49,540 nucleotides of DNA from a virus. Positions 8,014 through 15,068 of the stretch are shown in pieces; the first letter of the stretch is position 1; every line of letters begins with the position of its first letter. The stretch spans positions 1-49,540 of the IMG/VR virus record IMGVR_UViG_3300002461_000339, one strand, 5' to 3'. The position numbers and the translations under genes were made by a program. The notes beneath the pieces are model-generated. The model was given only the letters and a program-made list of their open reading frames with translations, had not been told where the DNA came from and searched no databases.

Positions 8014-8176
8014 GAGGGTGTTGCACGCGGGGGCGACCCGCAGCGAGGGCTGACGATCCTCGCGGAAATGGCAGCGACCGGGGCACGTCAGAGCCCGCAG
8101 TGAAGCTGGCGCGTTCGATTCGCGCGCCCATGCCGGACTCGCACCCGGCCCCTCGCCAATCAACAGGGAGACACGC

Positions 8177-8413
8177 ATGACCACGACAAACGACGGCGGC
8201 CCGGCTTTTCCGCAGCTGCACATGATTGACGGCAACTGGCAGCGGTCGCCTGATCCGGCGCTTGCAGGCATGTCACTTCGCGCCTACTTCGCGGCCATGG
8301 CAATGCAAGGCCTCTTGGCGAACGACAAGATCACGAAAACAACAAAAGGGCGCGCGCTGATTGCAGTCGAACAAGCTGACGCACTTCTAACTGCACTGGA
8401 GGCAAGCAAATGA
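8177..8413 (+). CDS. Hypothetical protein (78 aa)
   Basis: GGGAGA SD. GGPAFP...GMSLRAYFAAMAMQGLL is a motif seen in many phage early proteins. Confidence 0.6.
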   Translation: MTTTNDGGPAFPQLHMIDGNWQRSPDPALAGMSLRAYFAAMAMQGLLANDKITKTTKGRALIAVEQADALLTALEASK

Positions 8414-8682
8414 ACACCGAGGCAGTACACCCGATGGTGATGAAGGCGGCGCGAAAGGCGAACGAAATTGCCTCCAGAGAATGCAATACCTGTCCAGAGG
8501 ACGGATGGAAGCTGTATGGGGCCGAATACATCCGAGACGCCCACGAAATGCTCACCGAATGCGGGGCGCTGGAGTGTTTGGGGGCGTTGGACTGGTGCGT
8601 CGCTGAAATCAACCGCGACTCTCCGTCTGTGCTCAACGCTCGGAAAGTCATGTCAGCAATAAACGGGAGCGCGCCAGAATGA
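8410..8682 (+). CDS. Hypothetical protein (90 aa), lower GC
   Basis: ATGA overlap. ORF track. Confidence 0.5.
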   Translation: MNTEAVHPMVMKAARKANEIASRECNTCPEDGWKLYGAEYIRDAHEMLTECGALECLGALDWCVAEINRDSPSVLNARKVMSAINGSAPE

Positions 8683-8879
8683 ATGCCGAACACTGGAAAT
8701 CCGCTCCTGATAACGCTACTTGGGCAACTCAGGACGCCGCAGGAGTCTGCATCTACTGGTCTGGTAGAGAGCGTCCCTATTACAGCGGCTATCAGTGGAA
8801 CGGATATGGTCGAATCTGCGCATTCAAAAACAGCACGCTAGGCGACATCAGGTGTGAAAGGAACCAAAGTCATGACTGA
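8679..8879 (+). CDS. Hypothetical protein (66 aa), lower GC
   Basis: ATGA overlap. ORF track. Confidence 0.5.
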   Translation: MNAEHWKSAPDNATWATQDAAGVCIYWSGRERPYYSGYQWNGYGRICAFKNSTLGDIRCERNQSHD

Positions 8880-9834
8880 CACCACCAACGCGGGGCCGGT
8901 GTTGCCGGAGTTGCCCGGGCAGCCGCGGATGCGCATAGCGTTGTTCGACGAACACGGAAACGGCGCAGATGACCGTGTATTGGACTACGGCCTCCAGTGC
9001 CGGGACGCCGGGGCCGATTCCGAGAGGCTGAAGTCGGCTGATGCGATCGAGCAGGTGGCGGGGCCGCTGCGGGAGCAGCTTGCCGAGTGCTTCAACCTAG
9101 GCGGCGCCGACGCAGACGGCAACGGCACTGAGTGGCGCGCAGTCCACGCCGTGCGATCTGTCCGACAGCTTCGCCAGGACTACGACGCGGCGTGCGACGA
9201 GGCCGAGAAGCTGCGGGAGCGGGTTGCGGGGTTGGAAGACCGATTGACGACAATCCACGGTGCGTACTCGCACGCTGAGCTGTTGAAGCAGAACGCTGAA
9301 GACGAACTCGCCCGCCTCCGCGCCGAGAACGAGGCGCTGCGGGCGGATTTGCAGCAGCGCATTAACGACGAAGCCGACATTCGTTACTCAGGCGAAGAGC
9401 AGGCCCGCAGCGGAGTTCACGAGCTTTTCACCGGGCTGGACGATTGCGAAATTGAAGTGCCTGACGAATGGCACGAAAAGCCGCTGCTTCGCTTTATCTT
9501 TGAGACCGATCCGGGTGACGACTCTGTTGGCATGCCGTCGAGGTCTGCTTGGTCACTTGCGAAAGATCAATCCGGCACTGTGCTGATCGATTTGCTTTCG
9601 CGACTTTTGACGCACGAAGCTGCAGTATCTGATTCGGAGCGTTATAGGTGGATACTGGACCAAGCGCATGTTCAAATCGGCAACAAGAAGGTTTACAGCA
9701 ATGTAACACTGCGGGGGTGGGATTTAAACGTGCTAATTCCTTGGGATATCCAGCCAGAATCCGACCATCTTGGAAATTTCAGGCTGACAGACGCCGCCAT
9801 CGACGCCGCCCGCGCGGCGAGGGAGGGTGCGTGA
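8872..9834 (+). CDS. Acidic coiled-coil protein (320 aa)
   Basis: ATG at 8872 within ORF 8854..9834. Central heptad-like region (EKLRERVAGLEDRL...LARLRAENEALRADLQQR). Confidence 0.6.
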   Translation: MTDTTNAGPVLPELPGQPRMRIALFDEHGNGADDRVLDYGLQCRDAGADSERLKSADAIEQVAGPLREQLAECFNLGGADADGNGTEWRAVHAVRSVRQLRQDYDAACDEAEKLRERVAGLEDRLTTIHGAYSHAELLKQNAEDELARLRAENEALRADLQQRINDEADIRYSGEEQARSGVHELFTGLDDCEIEVPDEWHEKPLLRFIFETDPGDDSVGMPSRSAWSLAKDQSGTVLIDLLSRLLTHEAAVSDSERYRWILDQAHVQIGNKKVYSNVTLRGWDLNVLIPWDIQPESDHLGNFRLTDAAIDAARAAREGA

Positions 9835-9836
9835 GC

Positions 9837-10049
9837 ATGCAGTGGATTCGCGACACCTACGGCGTGCCGGCAAAGCGCGGTGGCCGGGTCGAGTACGCAG
9901 GCACAACTCCGCCCACCCCTGGGACCATAGTCGGCACCGCCTACGGGCACCTGCGGGTCAGATTGGACGGGCAAGCCGGCGCGCGTCTGTTTCACCCGAC
10001 GTGGCGCCTGCGCTATTTGCCCCGGACCGACGCGGGCGGGGAGGGGTAG
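9837..10049 (+). CDS. Small hypothetical protein (70 aa)
   Basis: ATG at 9837, right after the upstream TGA. Sequence MQWIRDTYGVPAKRGGRVEY... Confidence 0.55.
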   Translation: MQWIRDTYGVPAKRGGRVEYAGTTPPTPGTIVGTAYGHLRVRLDGQAGARLFHPTWRLRYLPRTDAGGEG

Positions 10050-10077
10050 AGTGAACGAACCAGAAGGAGCGCACGCG

Positions 10078-10451
10078 ATGCCCACCCAAGACCCGATTGT
10101 CCTCGCCCTCCGCGAGCTCGTTGGCGCGATCTACCGGAGCTGCAGCGGCGCTTACGGAGCAGAGCACTATGAGGGGCAATTTGAGCGCGAGATACAGGCC
10201 CTTGCTGCGCTGATGCGCCAGCCTCAAGAAGCACACGCGCCGCCACCGGTGATGTCGTCTCGGCTCTCGTGGCTGCATTGGAGCCGTTCGCCAAGCACTG
10301 CCCCCAAGGCATGCACGACTGGCCTGACCACGCAGCGTTTGTGTTCCCTCCGCAAACCATCACGCTCGGCGACCTTCGTAGGGCTTGGGCAGCGCTGGCG
10401 CTGGCTACGGGCGTCGAGCCTCGCGGGCGAACCATTGGCGGGGAGGGGTGA
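10078..10451 (+). pseudogene. Frame-disrupted ORF (protein-like frame switches near 10240-10268)
   Basis: ATG at 10078 (AAGGAG upstream) reads MPTQDPIVLALRELVGAIYRSC...QEAHAPPP. The protein-like sequence then continues in the -1 frame (GDVVSALVAALEPFAKHCPQG...GGEG*, stop at 10449-10451). The original frame has no stop until 10899. Confidence 0.4.
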
Positions 10452-10453
10452 GC

Positions 10454-10651
10454 ATGATCCGTCATGGCAGGTTCGCAGACCCGTGGCGCGGCGACGGCTG
10501 GATGATCGCCGCCGGCGACTGGCTGCTGGCGATCCGCTGGCGCTGGCGGTTCGCGTTTGTGCGACCGGCGGGGAAGCCCGGCTACACGCGGCTGTACGTC
10601 GGGCCGGTCGAGATCGAGCACAGGGGAGCCCGCAAGGGCTTGGAGGGGTGA
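10454..10651 (+). CDS. Small hypothetical protein (65 aa)
   Basis: ATG at 10454 after GGGAGGGGTGAGC. Sequence MIRHGRFADPWRGDGW...TRLYVGPVEIEH. Confidence 0.5.
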   Translation: MIRHGRFADPWRGDGWMIAAGDWLLAIRWRWRFAFVRPAGKPGYTRLYVGPVEIEHRGARKGLEG

Positions 10652-10899
10652 TGGTTCTCTGCCGACGCAAGACAGACGGCGCGATATTTCGCCCGTCGCA
10701 CCCAGGCGACTACTGCCACGGGCAAGCGATGGCTGATGCAATCCTCGGCAGGCTTCGGTTCTACTTCCGAGGCGTTCGCTGGCAGCCTCGCCGATGGTGG
10801 CAGATCCGCGGCAGGTGGATAGACACGGGCGAAATCTGGGAGCCGGAGTCCGGCGAGTTCGATGTAATCAGGCAGCCAGGAAAGGAGACCGACAAATGA
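10651..10899 (+). CDS. Small hypothetical protein (82 aa)
   Basis: ATG at 10651 overlaps the upstream TGA (GGAGGGGTGATG). Confidence 0.5.
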   Translation: MVLCRRKTDGAIFRPSHPGDYCHGQAMADAILGRLRFYFRGVRWQPRRWWQIRGRWIDTGEIWEPESGEFDVIRQPGKETDK

Positions 10900-11177
10900 T
10901 CGACATCGGCCCCGCCGGCTTCATGCGAGCGCCCGAGCGATCCGCCGAGCCCGTCGCTCTGCTCCGCCTGCCCCAGGTGCTGGCCCGCACCGGGTACAGC
11001 CGCTCCGGCTGGTACAAGGCGATTGCCGAGGGTCGCGCGCCGGCGCCGGTCAAGCGCGGCAGGGCGAGCCTGTGGCGCTCCGACCTGATCGCGGACTTGA
11101 TCGACCGCGAGAGTATGGGCCCCGGTATGGGCCGGGAATCCGGGCTCTCCGCCGAACCCAGTAGCCGCGCGGCCTGA
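10896..11177 (+). CDS. xis: AlpA-family excisionase / transcriptional regulator
   Basis: AAAGGAG SD. LLRLPQVLARTGYSRSGWYKAIAEGRAPAPVKRGRASLWRSDLI matches the AlpA/Xis winged-helix pattern. Immediately upstream of int. Confidence 0.75.
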   Translation: MIDIGPAGFMRAPERSAEPVALLRLPQVLARTGYSRSGWYKAIAEGRAPAPVKRGRASLWRSDLIADLIDRESMGPGMGRESGLSAEPSSRAA

Positions 11178-11331
11178 CGGCGAAGTGATGGCGGAGGGAG
11201 TGGCCGTTACTGGCGTCCACCGAAGTCTCCCGTAGTCCACTGCGCGAGGCCCTGCAAGGGCTGGCGTCCACTGGCGTCTATGGGCATGCTCCGCAATCCA
11301 CTGCACGAGTATGGGCCGAAGTATGGGCCGA
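11113..11331 (+). promoter_or_regulatory. Direct-repeat array spanning the xis-int junction (candidate attP arms/core or int operator region)
   Basis: GTATGGGCC at 11113, 11125, 11309 and 11321. CTGGCGTC(C/T)A at 11210, 11261 and 11271. (G/A)TCCAC(T/C)G at 11215, 11235, 11266 and 11296. Palindrome GCCCTGCAAGGGC at 11249-11261. Confidence 0.45.
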
Positions 11332-12456
11332 GAGATCAACCGACTCAGCGCGCGCGCCGCGCAGACGCTGGGGCCGGGAATGCACGCCGACGGGGGTGGA
11401 CTGTACCTACGCGTGGACGCCGCGCGCCGAACGTGGATCTTCCGGTATCGCCGCGGTGGCCGCCTGCGGGACATGGGCCTCGGCCGCGCCGCTGACGTCA
11501 GCCTAGCAGACGCCCGCCGCCGGGCAGCCGAGGCGCGCGCGCTGCTGGCCCATGGTATCGATCCGATCGAGGCGCGAGACAGCACGCCCGAGGCGCGCAC
11601 GTGGGGCGATGCCTGCGCCGACTACATCGAAAGCCAGGCCGGGGCGTGGCGCAATGATGCCCAGGCGCAGCAGTGGCGGCAGAGCCTGGCCGACTACGGG
11701 CCGCCGGCCGAGCTGCCCGTGGGTGACGTCACCACCGACATGGTGCTGCGCTGCCTGTCGCCGCTGTGGGCGGATCGCACGGAGACAGCCACCCGGCTGC
11801 GCGGGCGGATCGAGCGGATATGGGATGCGGAGAGGGTGCGGGGGAATGTGGCCGGCGAGAACCCGGCGCGCTGGCGCGGGCACCTGTCTGCGCTGCTGCC
11901 GAAGCCGGCGCAGGTGCGCCGCGTGCAGCACTTCCGGGCGATGCCCTATGCCGAGCTGCCGGACTTCATGCGCCTGCTGCTGAGCGGCGAGGGCGTCGGC
12001 CGGCTGGCGATGGCGTGGACGATCCTCACTGCGGCGCGCACGGGAGAAGTCACCGGCATGCAGTGGGGTGAGGTCGCGGGCGACCTGTGGACGATCCCGG
12101 CCGAGCGGATGAAGGCTGGCCGGGCGCATCGGGTGCCGCTGACGGCGCAGGCCCTGGCGCTGTTGGATCGCCGGCCGCGCGATGCCGAGCCGTGGGCGCT
12201 GTCCGAGAACACGATGCTGTTCCTGCTGCAGCGGGATCCGCCGCGCGGGCTGGGACAGCCCTACACAGTGCACGGATTCCGCAGCGCCTTCCGTGATTGG
12301 GCCGCCGAGCAGACCGACCACCCGCGCGACGTGATCGAGATGGCGCTCGCGCACTCGATCCGCGACAAGACGGAGGCCGCTTACCGGCGCGGGGACTTGC
12401 TCGAAAAGCGGCGGGCGCTGATGCGGGATTGGGCCGACTATGTGCTGCCGCGGTGA
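11311..12456 (+). CDS. int: Tyrosine integrase, P4-like (DUF4102-type N-terminal domain)
   Basis: GGGLYLRVDAARRTWIFRYRRGG N-terminal domain. Catalytic signatures AARTGEV (R), HGFRSAFRDW (HxxR, W) and AYRRGD (Y). A second ATG at 11323 comes from a tandem duplication. Confidence 0.9.
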   Translation: MGRSMGREINRLSARAAQTLGPGMHADGGGLYLRVDAARRTWIFRYRRGGRLRDMGLGRAADVSLADARRRAAEARALLAHGIDPIEARDSTPEARTWGDACADYIESQAGAWRNDAQAQQWRQSLADYGPPAELPVGDVTTDMVLRCLSPLWADRTETATRLRGRIERIWDAERVRGNVAGENPARWRGHLSALLPKPAQVRRVQHFRAMPYAELPDFMRLLLSGEGVGRLAMAWTILTAARTGEVTGMQWGEVAGDLWTIPAERMKAGRAHRVPLTAQALALLDRRPRDAEPWALSENTMLFLLQRDPPRGLGQPYTVHGFRSAFRDWAAEQTDHPRDVIEMALAHSIRDKTEAAYRRGDLLEKRRALMRDWADYVLPR

Positions 12457-12662
12457 GCCTCGATCAGCGCGCGCGCGATGCAGGCCGTGGCGCTCGGCGC
12501 GTAGCCGCTGGCCTGCAGGCTGTCGAGCGCGGCGGCGGCGTCCGGAGGCAGTATCACGCCCACCTGACGGCCCTGTTCTCGCTCCAGCCTGCGCGCCCTG
12601 CTGGCAGCAGCGCGCTCGGATGCCGTGGCGGGGCGCTTGGCCCCGCCTTTCTTGGCGCTCAC
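12438..12662 (-). CDS. Small basic DNA-binding protein, RepB/CopB-like regulator
   Basis: GAKRPATASERAAASRARRLEREQGRQVGVILPPDAAAALDSL...ACIARALIE resembles plasmid CopB/RepB-type repressors. GTGA-coupled to the upstream gene. Its 3' end overlaps int convergently by 19 nt. Confidence 0.4.
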   Translation of the reverse strand: MSAKKGGAKRPATASERAAASRARRLEREQGRQVGVILPPDAAAALDSLQASGYAPSATACIARALIEAHRGST

Positions 12663-12934
12663 TGGCAGCGCGCCTTGGCTGCTGCGTACAGCGGGGAATC
12701 CGGCATGATGCGGACGCGGCCTTTTTCAAAGTAGTCGGTCATGCTGTCGGTGTTGTTCTCGTAGCCCTCGCCGATGATCTCAGCCAGCACGCGGCCATCG
12801 CGGAAGCACTTGGCGTACAGGGTCACGCACTCTTCGCCGGTGGAGACCATCTTGAAAGCCGAGTAGAAAACGCGCGCCTTGACCTGGCCGTTGGTGACGT
12901 AGTGCTTCATGAAGCGGATGTTGTTGGTGTTCAT
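12659..12934 (-). CDS. Hypothetical protein (91 aa), first gene of the int-proximal moron cassette
   Basis: ORF track. Sequence MNTNNIRFMKHYVTNGQVKARVFYS...NNTDSMTDYFEKGRVRIMPDSPLY. No family recognised. Confidence 0.55.
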   Translation of the reverse strand: MNTNNIRFMKHYVTNGQVKARVFYSAFKMVSTGEECVTLYAKCFRDGRVLAEIIGEGYENNTDSMTDYFEKGRVRIMPDSPLYAAAKARCQ

Positions 12935-12981
12935 GTCTGTTTCCCGTAGTGCCAGCGGTTGCTGGCGTGGGGATAGACTCT

Positions 12982-12999
12982 CACGTTAACTCGTTAACG
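12982..12999. promoter_or_regulatory. 18-bp palindrome ACGTTAAC-TC-GTTAACGT (operator or recombination-core candidate)
   Basis: Perfect 8-bp arms in the only non-coding gap (12935-13025) between the tail operon and the moron cassette. A TTGACG hexamer on the - strand (13002-12997) abuts it. Confidence 0.45.
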
Positions 13000-13025
13000 T
13001 CAATAGGCGCAGCGATTGCTTGTTG

Positions 13026-13160
13026 CTATCGAATCCCGATCAACCGCTTGGCCGCCTCGCGCAGCTTCCGGCAGCGCTCGCATGGTGGCTTGGCCGGGGC
13101 CGACGCGGCGGGCTTCGGCGCTCTGACTCTCGCCGCCTTGGGCCTGGCGAACCGAATCAC
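13026..13160 (-). CDS. Possible 44-aa basic peptide at the end of the tail operon
   Basis: GTG at 13160 overlaps the upstream TGA (GTGA), the coupling pattern used throughout this genome. Sequence VIRFARPKAARVRAPKPAASAPAKPPCERCRKLREAAKRLIGIR. Confidence 0.3.
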   Translation of the reverse strand: MIRFARPKAARVRAPKPAASAPAKPPCERCRKLREAAKRLIGIR

Positions 13161-13495
13161 TCGACCACCTCGACGCTGGTCACCGGCAGGTTGAACACCT
13201 CGCCGTCGCACGCCCGGGTGAACTCCCAGCTGCCGGGGCTCTCGCTCTGGTCGCAGTACGGCGGCTCGGCGGTGTAGCCTTCTGGCACGGGCGTCAGCAG
13301 GGACCAGCAGATCTCGTCGCCGGTGATTACGCCGCGCACGGACACGCCGCTGGGCGGATCCGCCACGCCGGCGCAGTCGCCGCCCGGGTCTGGCGTCTCG
13401 CGCTCGCGCGGCTGGCGCACGGCTGGCGGCAGGATGATCGTCTGGGAGAAGCCGCCAGAGGTCGAGATGGGCAACAGGCGGAATCGCCGGGTCAT
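13157..13495 (-). CDS. Hypothetical tail-module protein (112 aa)
   Basis: ORF track. ATGA-type coupling to the upstream gene. Confidence 0.5.
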   Translation of the reverse strand: MTRRFRLLPISTSGGFSQTIILPPAVRQPRERETPDPGGDCAGVADPPSGVSVRGVITGDEICWSLLTPVPEGYTAEPPYCDQSESPGSWEFTRACDGEVFNLPVTSVEVVE

Positions 13496-14745
13496 ACCGT
13501 CACTTCCGTGGCGAACTCGCGGCCGTCAGCGGTGCGCACCTGGATCACATGCACGCCCGGCGGCATGGCCGAAGCCGGGAAGCTGACGCGGCCGGCGCCG
13601 TCTGTGGTGCGGGTGATGTTGTCGTTGAGGCGGCACGCCGCGCCCACGATCGGCCGGCCGTCTGCCTCGCGCAGCGTCAGCACGCGCTCGCTGCCGATTG
13701 TCTCGATCACGACGGCCTCGTACTGCTGCACGTCCAGGGCCGCGGACTGGCTGACCAGCCGCACCGCCGGCACGTCGCCGACAGGCAGCTCGAACCGCAC
13801 GCGTGTGCTGCCGTCCTGCGCGTCGAGCTCGCGCCCCAGCACCACGGCCGAGGCCTGCACAGGCAGGGTCGGATGATCCAGCGCCACGACATCGCCGATG
13901 CGCAGCACGCGCTCGATAGCCGCGGTGCCGACAGACCATGCCGGCCTGGCCCGCTGGCGCAGCGCGCGAGTAGCGACGGCGATGGCGACGCGGGGCGAGG
14001 CCAGCCACGGCGCATCCTCGACGCGCTCGCGCCGGCCGTAGGCGGCCACGCTGTCGGGGGCCTCGAGTCGCACAGATGCTCGAGGCTGGCCATCTTCGCT
14101 CGAGAACCTGAGCGTGAGGTCATTGGTCAGGGTGTCAAGCTGAAGTGCGGCGTCGATCTCGAGATCGGCGCCGATGCGCCAGCCGCCGGTCGGGGCGTCG
14201 GCCGGCCATAGGAATGCGCGACCGTCGCTGAACACCGCGCCGATGCTCGAGCAAAGCGAGCGAACCACCGTGCGCAGAACCTCGGCGCGCTCGAGACTTC
14301 CGCCCACCTCGAGACCTGCGGCTGCACAGGACGCTCGAAAATCAGAAAGCTCGAGCGCAGGCCGGCTTGCAATCCCAGACAGGATGTCGGCCAGCACGTC
14401 GGCGGGGTTGACCATCAAGCCGCCGGCGCCCAGCTTGCCGCGGCCGCGCGCGATCAAGTCGGCGCCCTCTTCCACCGGCTGGGTGAACTCGACGAACGCG
14501 ACTGCGCGCCCGGTGGCGTCGGTGCCGTTGCGGTGCTCCCAGTTGCCGACCGACTGCCCGCCGACCAGCACCGCATCGATGCCGGCGACGGCGTGGTCAG
14601 CCCAGACGAACACGCGCCGGTCCTGGCTGTACTGCAGCAGCCGTCCGCCGGTCTGCCCGTAGCGGTGCGGGATCGCCAGGGGCTCGCGGAAGCCCGGCCA
14701 TACGGCCGTAGTGCGCAGCGGCAGGGACGCGGAGAGCGGGGTCAT
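13492..14745 (-). CDS. Tail tip/baseplate protein with C-terminal beta-sandwich (417 aa)
   Basis: Position in the distal tail module. The C-terminus (RVLTLREADGRPIVGAACRL...GRVSFPA...GVHVIQV) looks like a carboxypeptidase-regulatory-type fold. Confidence 0.5.
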   Translation of the reverse strand: MTPLSASLPLRTTAVWPGFREPLAIPHRYGQTGGRLLQYSQDRRVFVWADHAVAGIDAVLVGGQSVGNWEHRNGTDATGRAVAFVEFTQPVEEGADLIARGRGKLGAGGLMVNPADVLADILSGIASRPALELSDFRASCAAAGLEVGGSLERAEVLRTVVRSLCSSIGAVFSDGRAFLWPADAPTGGWRIGADLEIDAALQLDTLTNDLTLRFSSEDGQPRASVRLEAPDSVAAYGRRERVEDAPWLASPRVAIAVATRALRQRARPAWSVGTAAIERVLRIGDVVALDHPTLPVQASAVVLGRELDAQDGSTRVRFELPVGDVPAVRLVSQSAALDVQQYEAVVIETIGSERVLTLREADGRPIVGAACRLNDNITRTTDGAGRVSFPASAMPPGVHVIQVRTADGREFATEVTV

Positions 14746-15068
14746 GATTCCACCGCGATCGTCGCGGAGCCACGGCCGAGCCGGATCTCGGCGACGATGC
14801 CGGAGAACACCTGCCCGGCCGGCGTCATCAGCCGAGCGCGCGCACCGACAGGCGGGCGCCGCGCCAGCAGGGCCGAGGCCTCGCCGTTGGCGTTCTTCAG
14901 CTCCAGGGTGATGTTCGGGTCTTCACCGTCCACGTCCGCGCGCAGGGCGCCGACTCGCTGCAGGATGGCGTGCTTTGAGGCCTGCGCGTCCATGTGCTGC
15001 AAGGCCGCATCGTCGGCGTAGAACTGGCGCACGGGGTTGCCCTCGATCACAAGCCAGACGGGCGTCAT
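14742..15068 (-). CDS. Minor tail protein (108 aa)
   Basis: ORF track. Coupled between two large tail genes. Confidence 0.5.
   Translation of the reverse strand: MTPVWLVIEGNPVRQFYADDAALQHMDAQASKHAILQRVGALRADVDGEDPNITLELKNANGEASALLARRPPVGARARLMTPAGQVFSGIVAEIRLGRGSATIAVES

Noticed and set aside
8040-8135. Possible tRNA or tRNA fragment, because of the T-arm-like hairpin GCGCG-TTCGATT-CGCGC (8109-8125)
   Set aside because: The 7 nt after the T-stem (GCCCATG) have no complementary 5' acceptor strand at the expected distance. No anticodon or D arms can be drawn, and there is no CCA. I kept it only as part of the structured non-coding region.
13021-13045. TCGAATCCC in the int-distal gap as a possible tRNA T-loop remnant marking attP
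   Set aside because: The flanking 5-mers (TTGCT / CCGAT) are not complementary, so no T-arm forms. The segment also lies inside the possible 44-aa ORF's 3' end.
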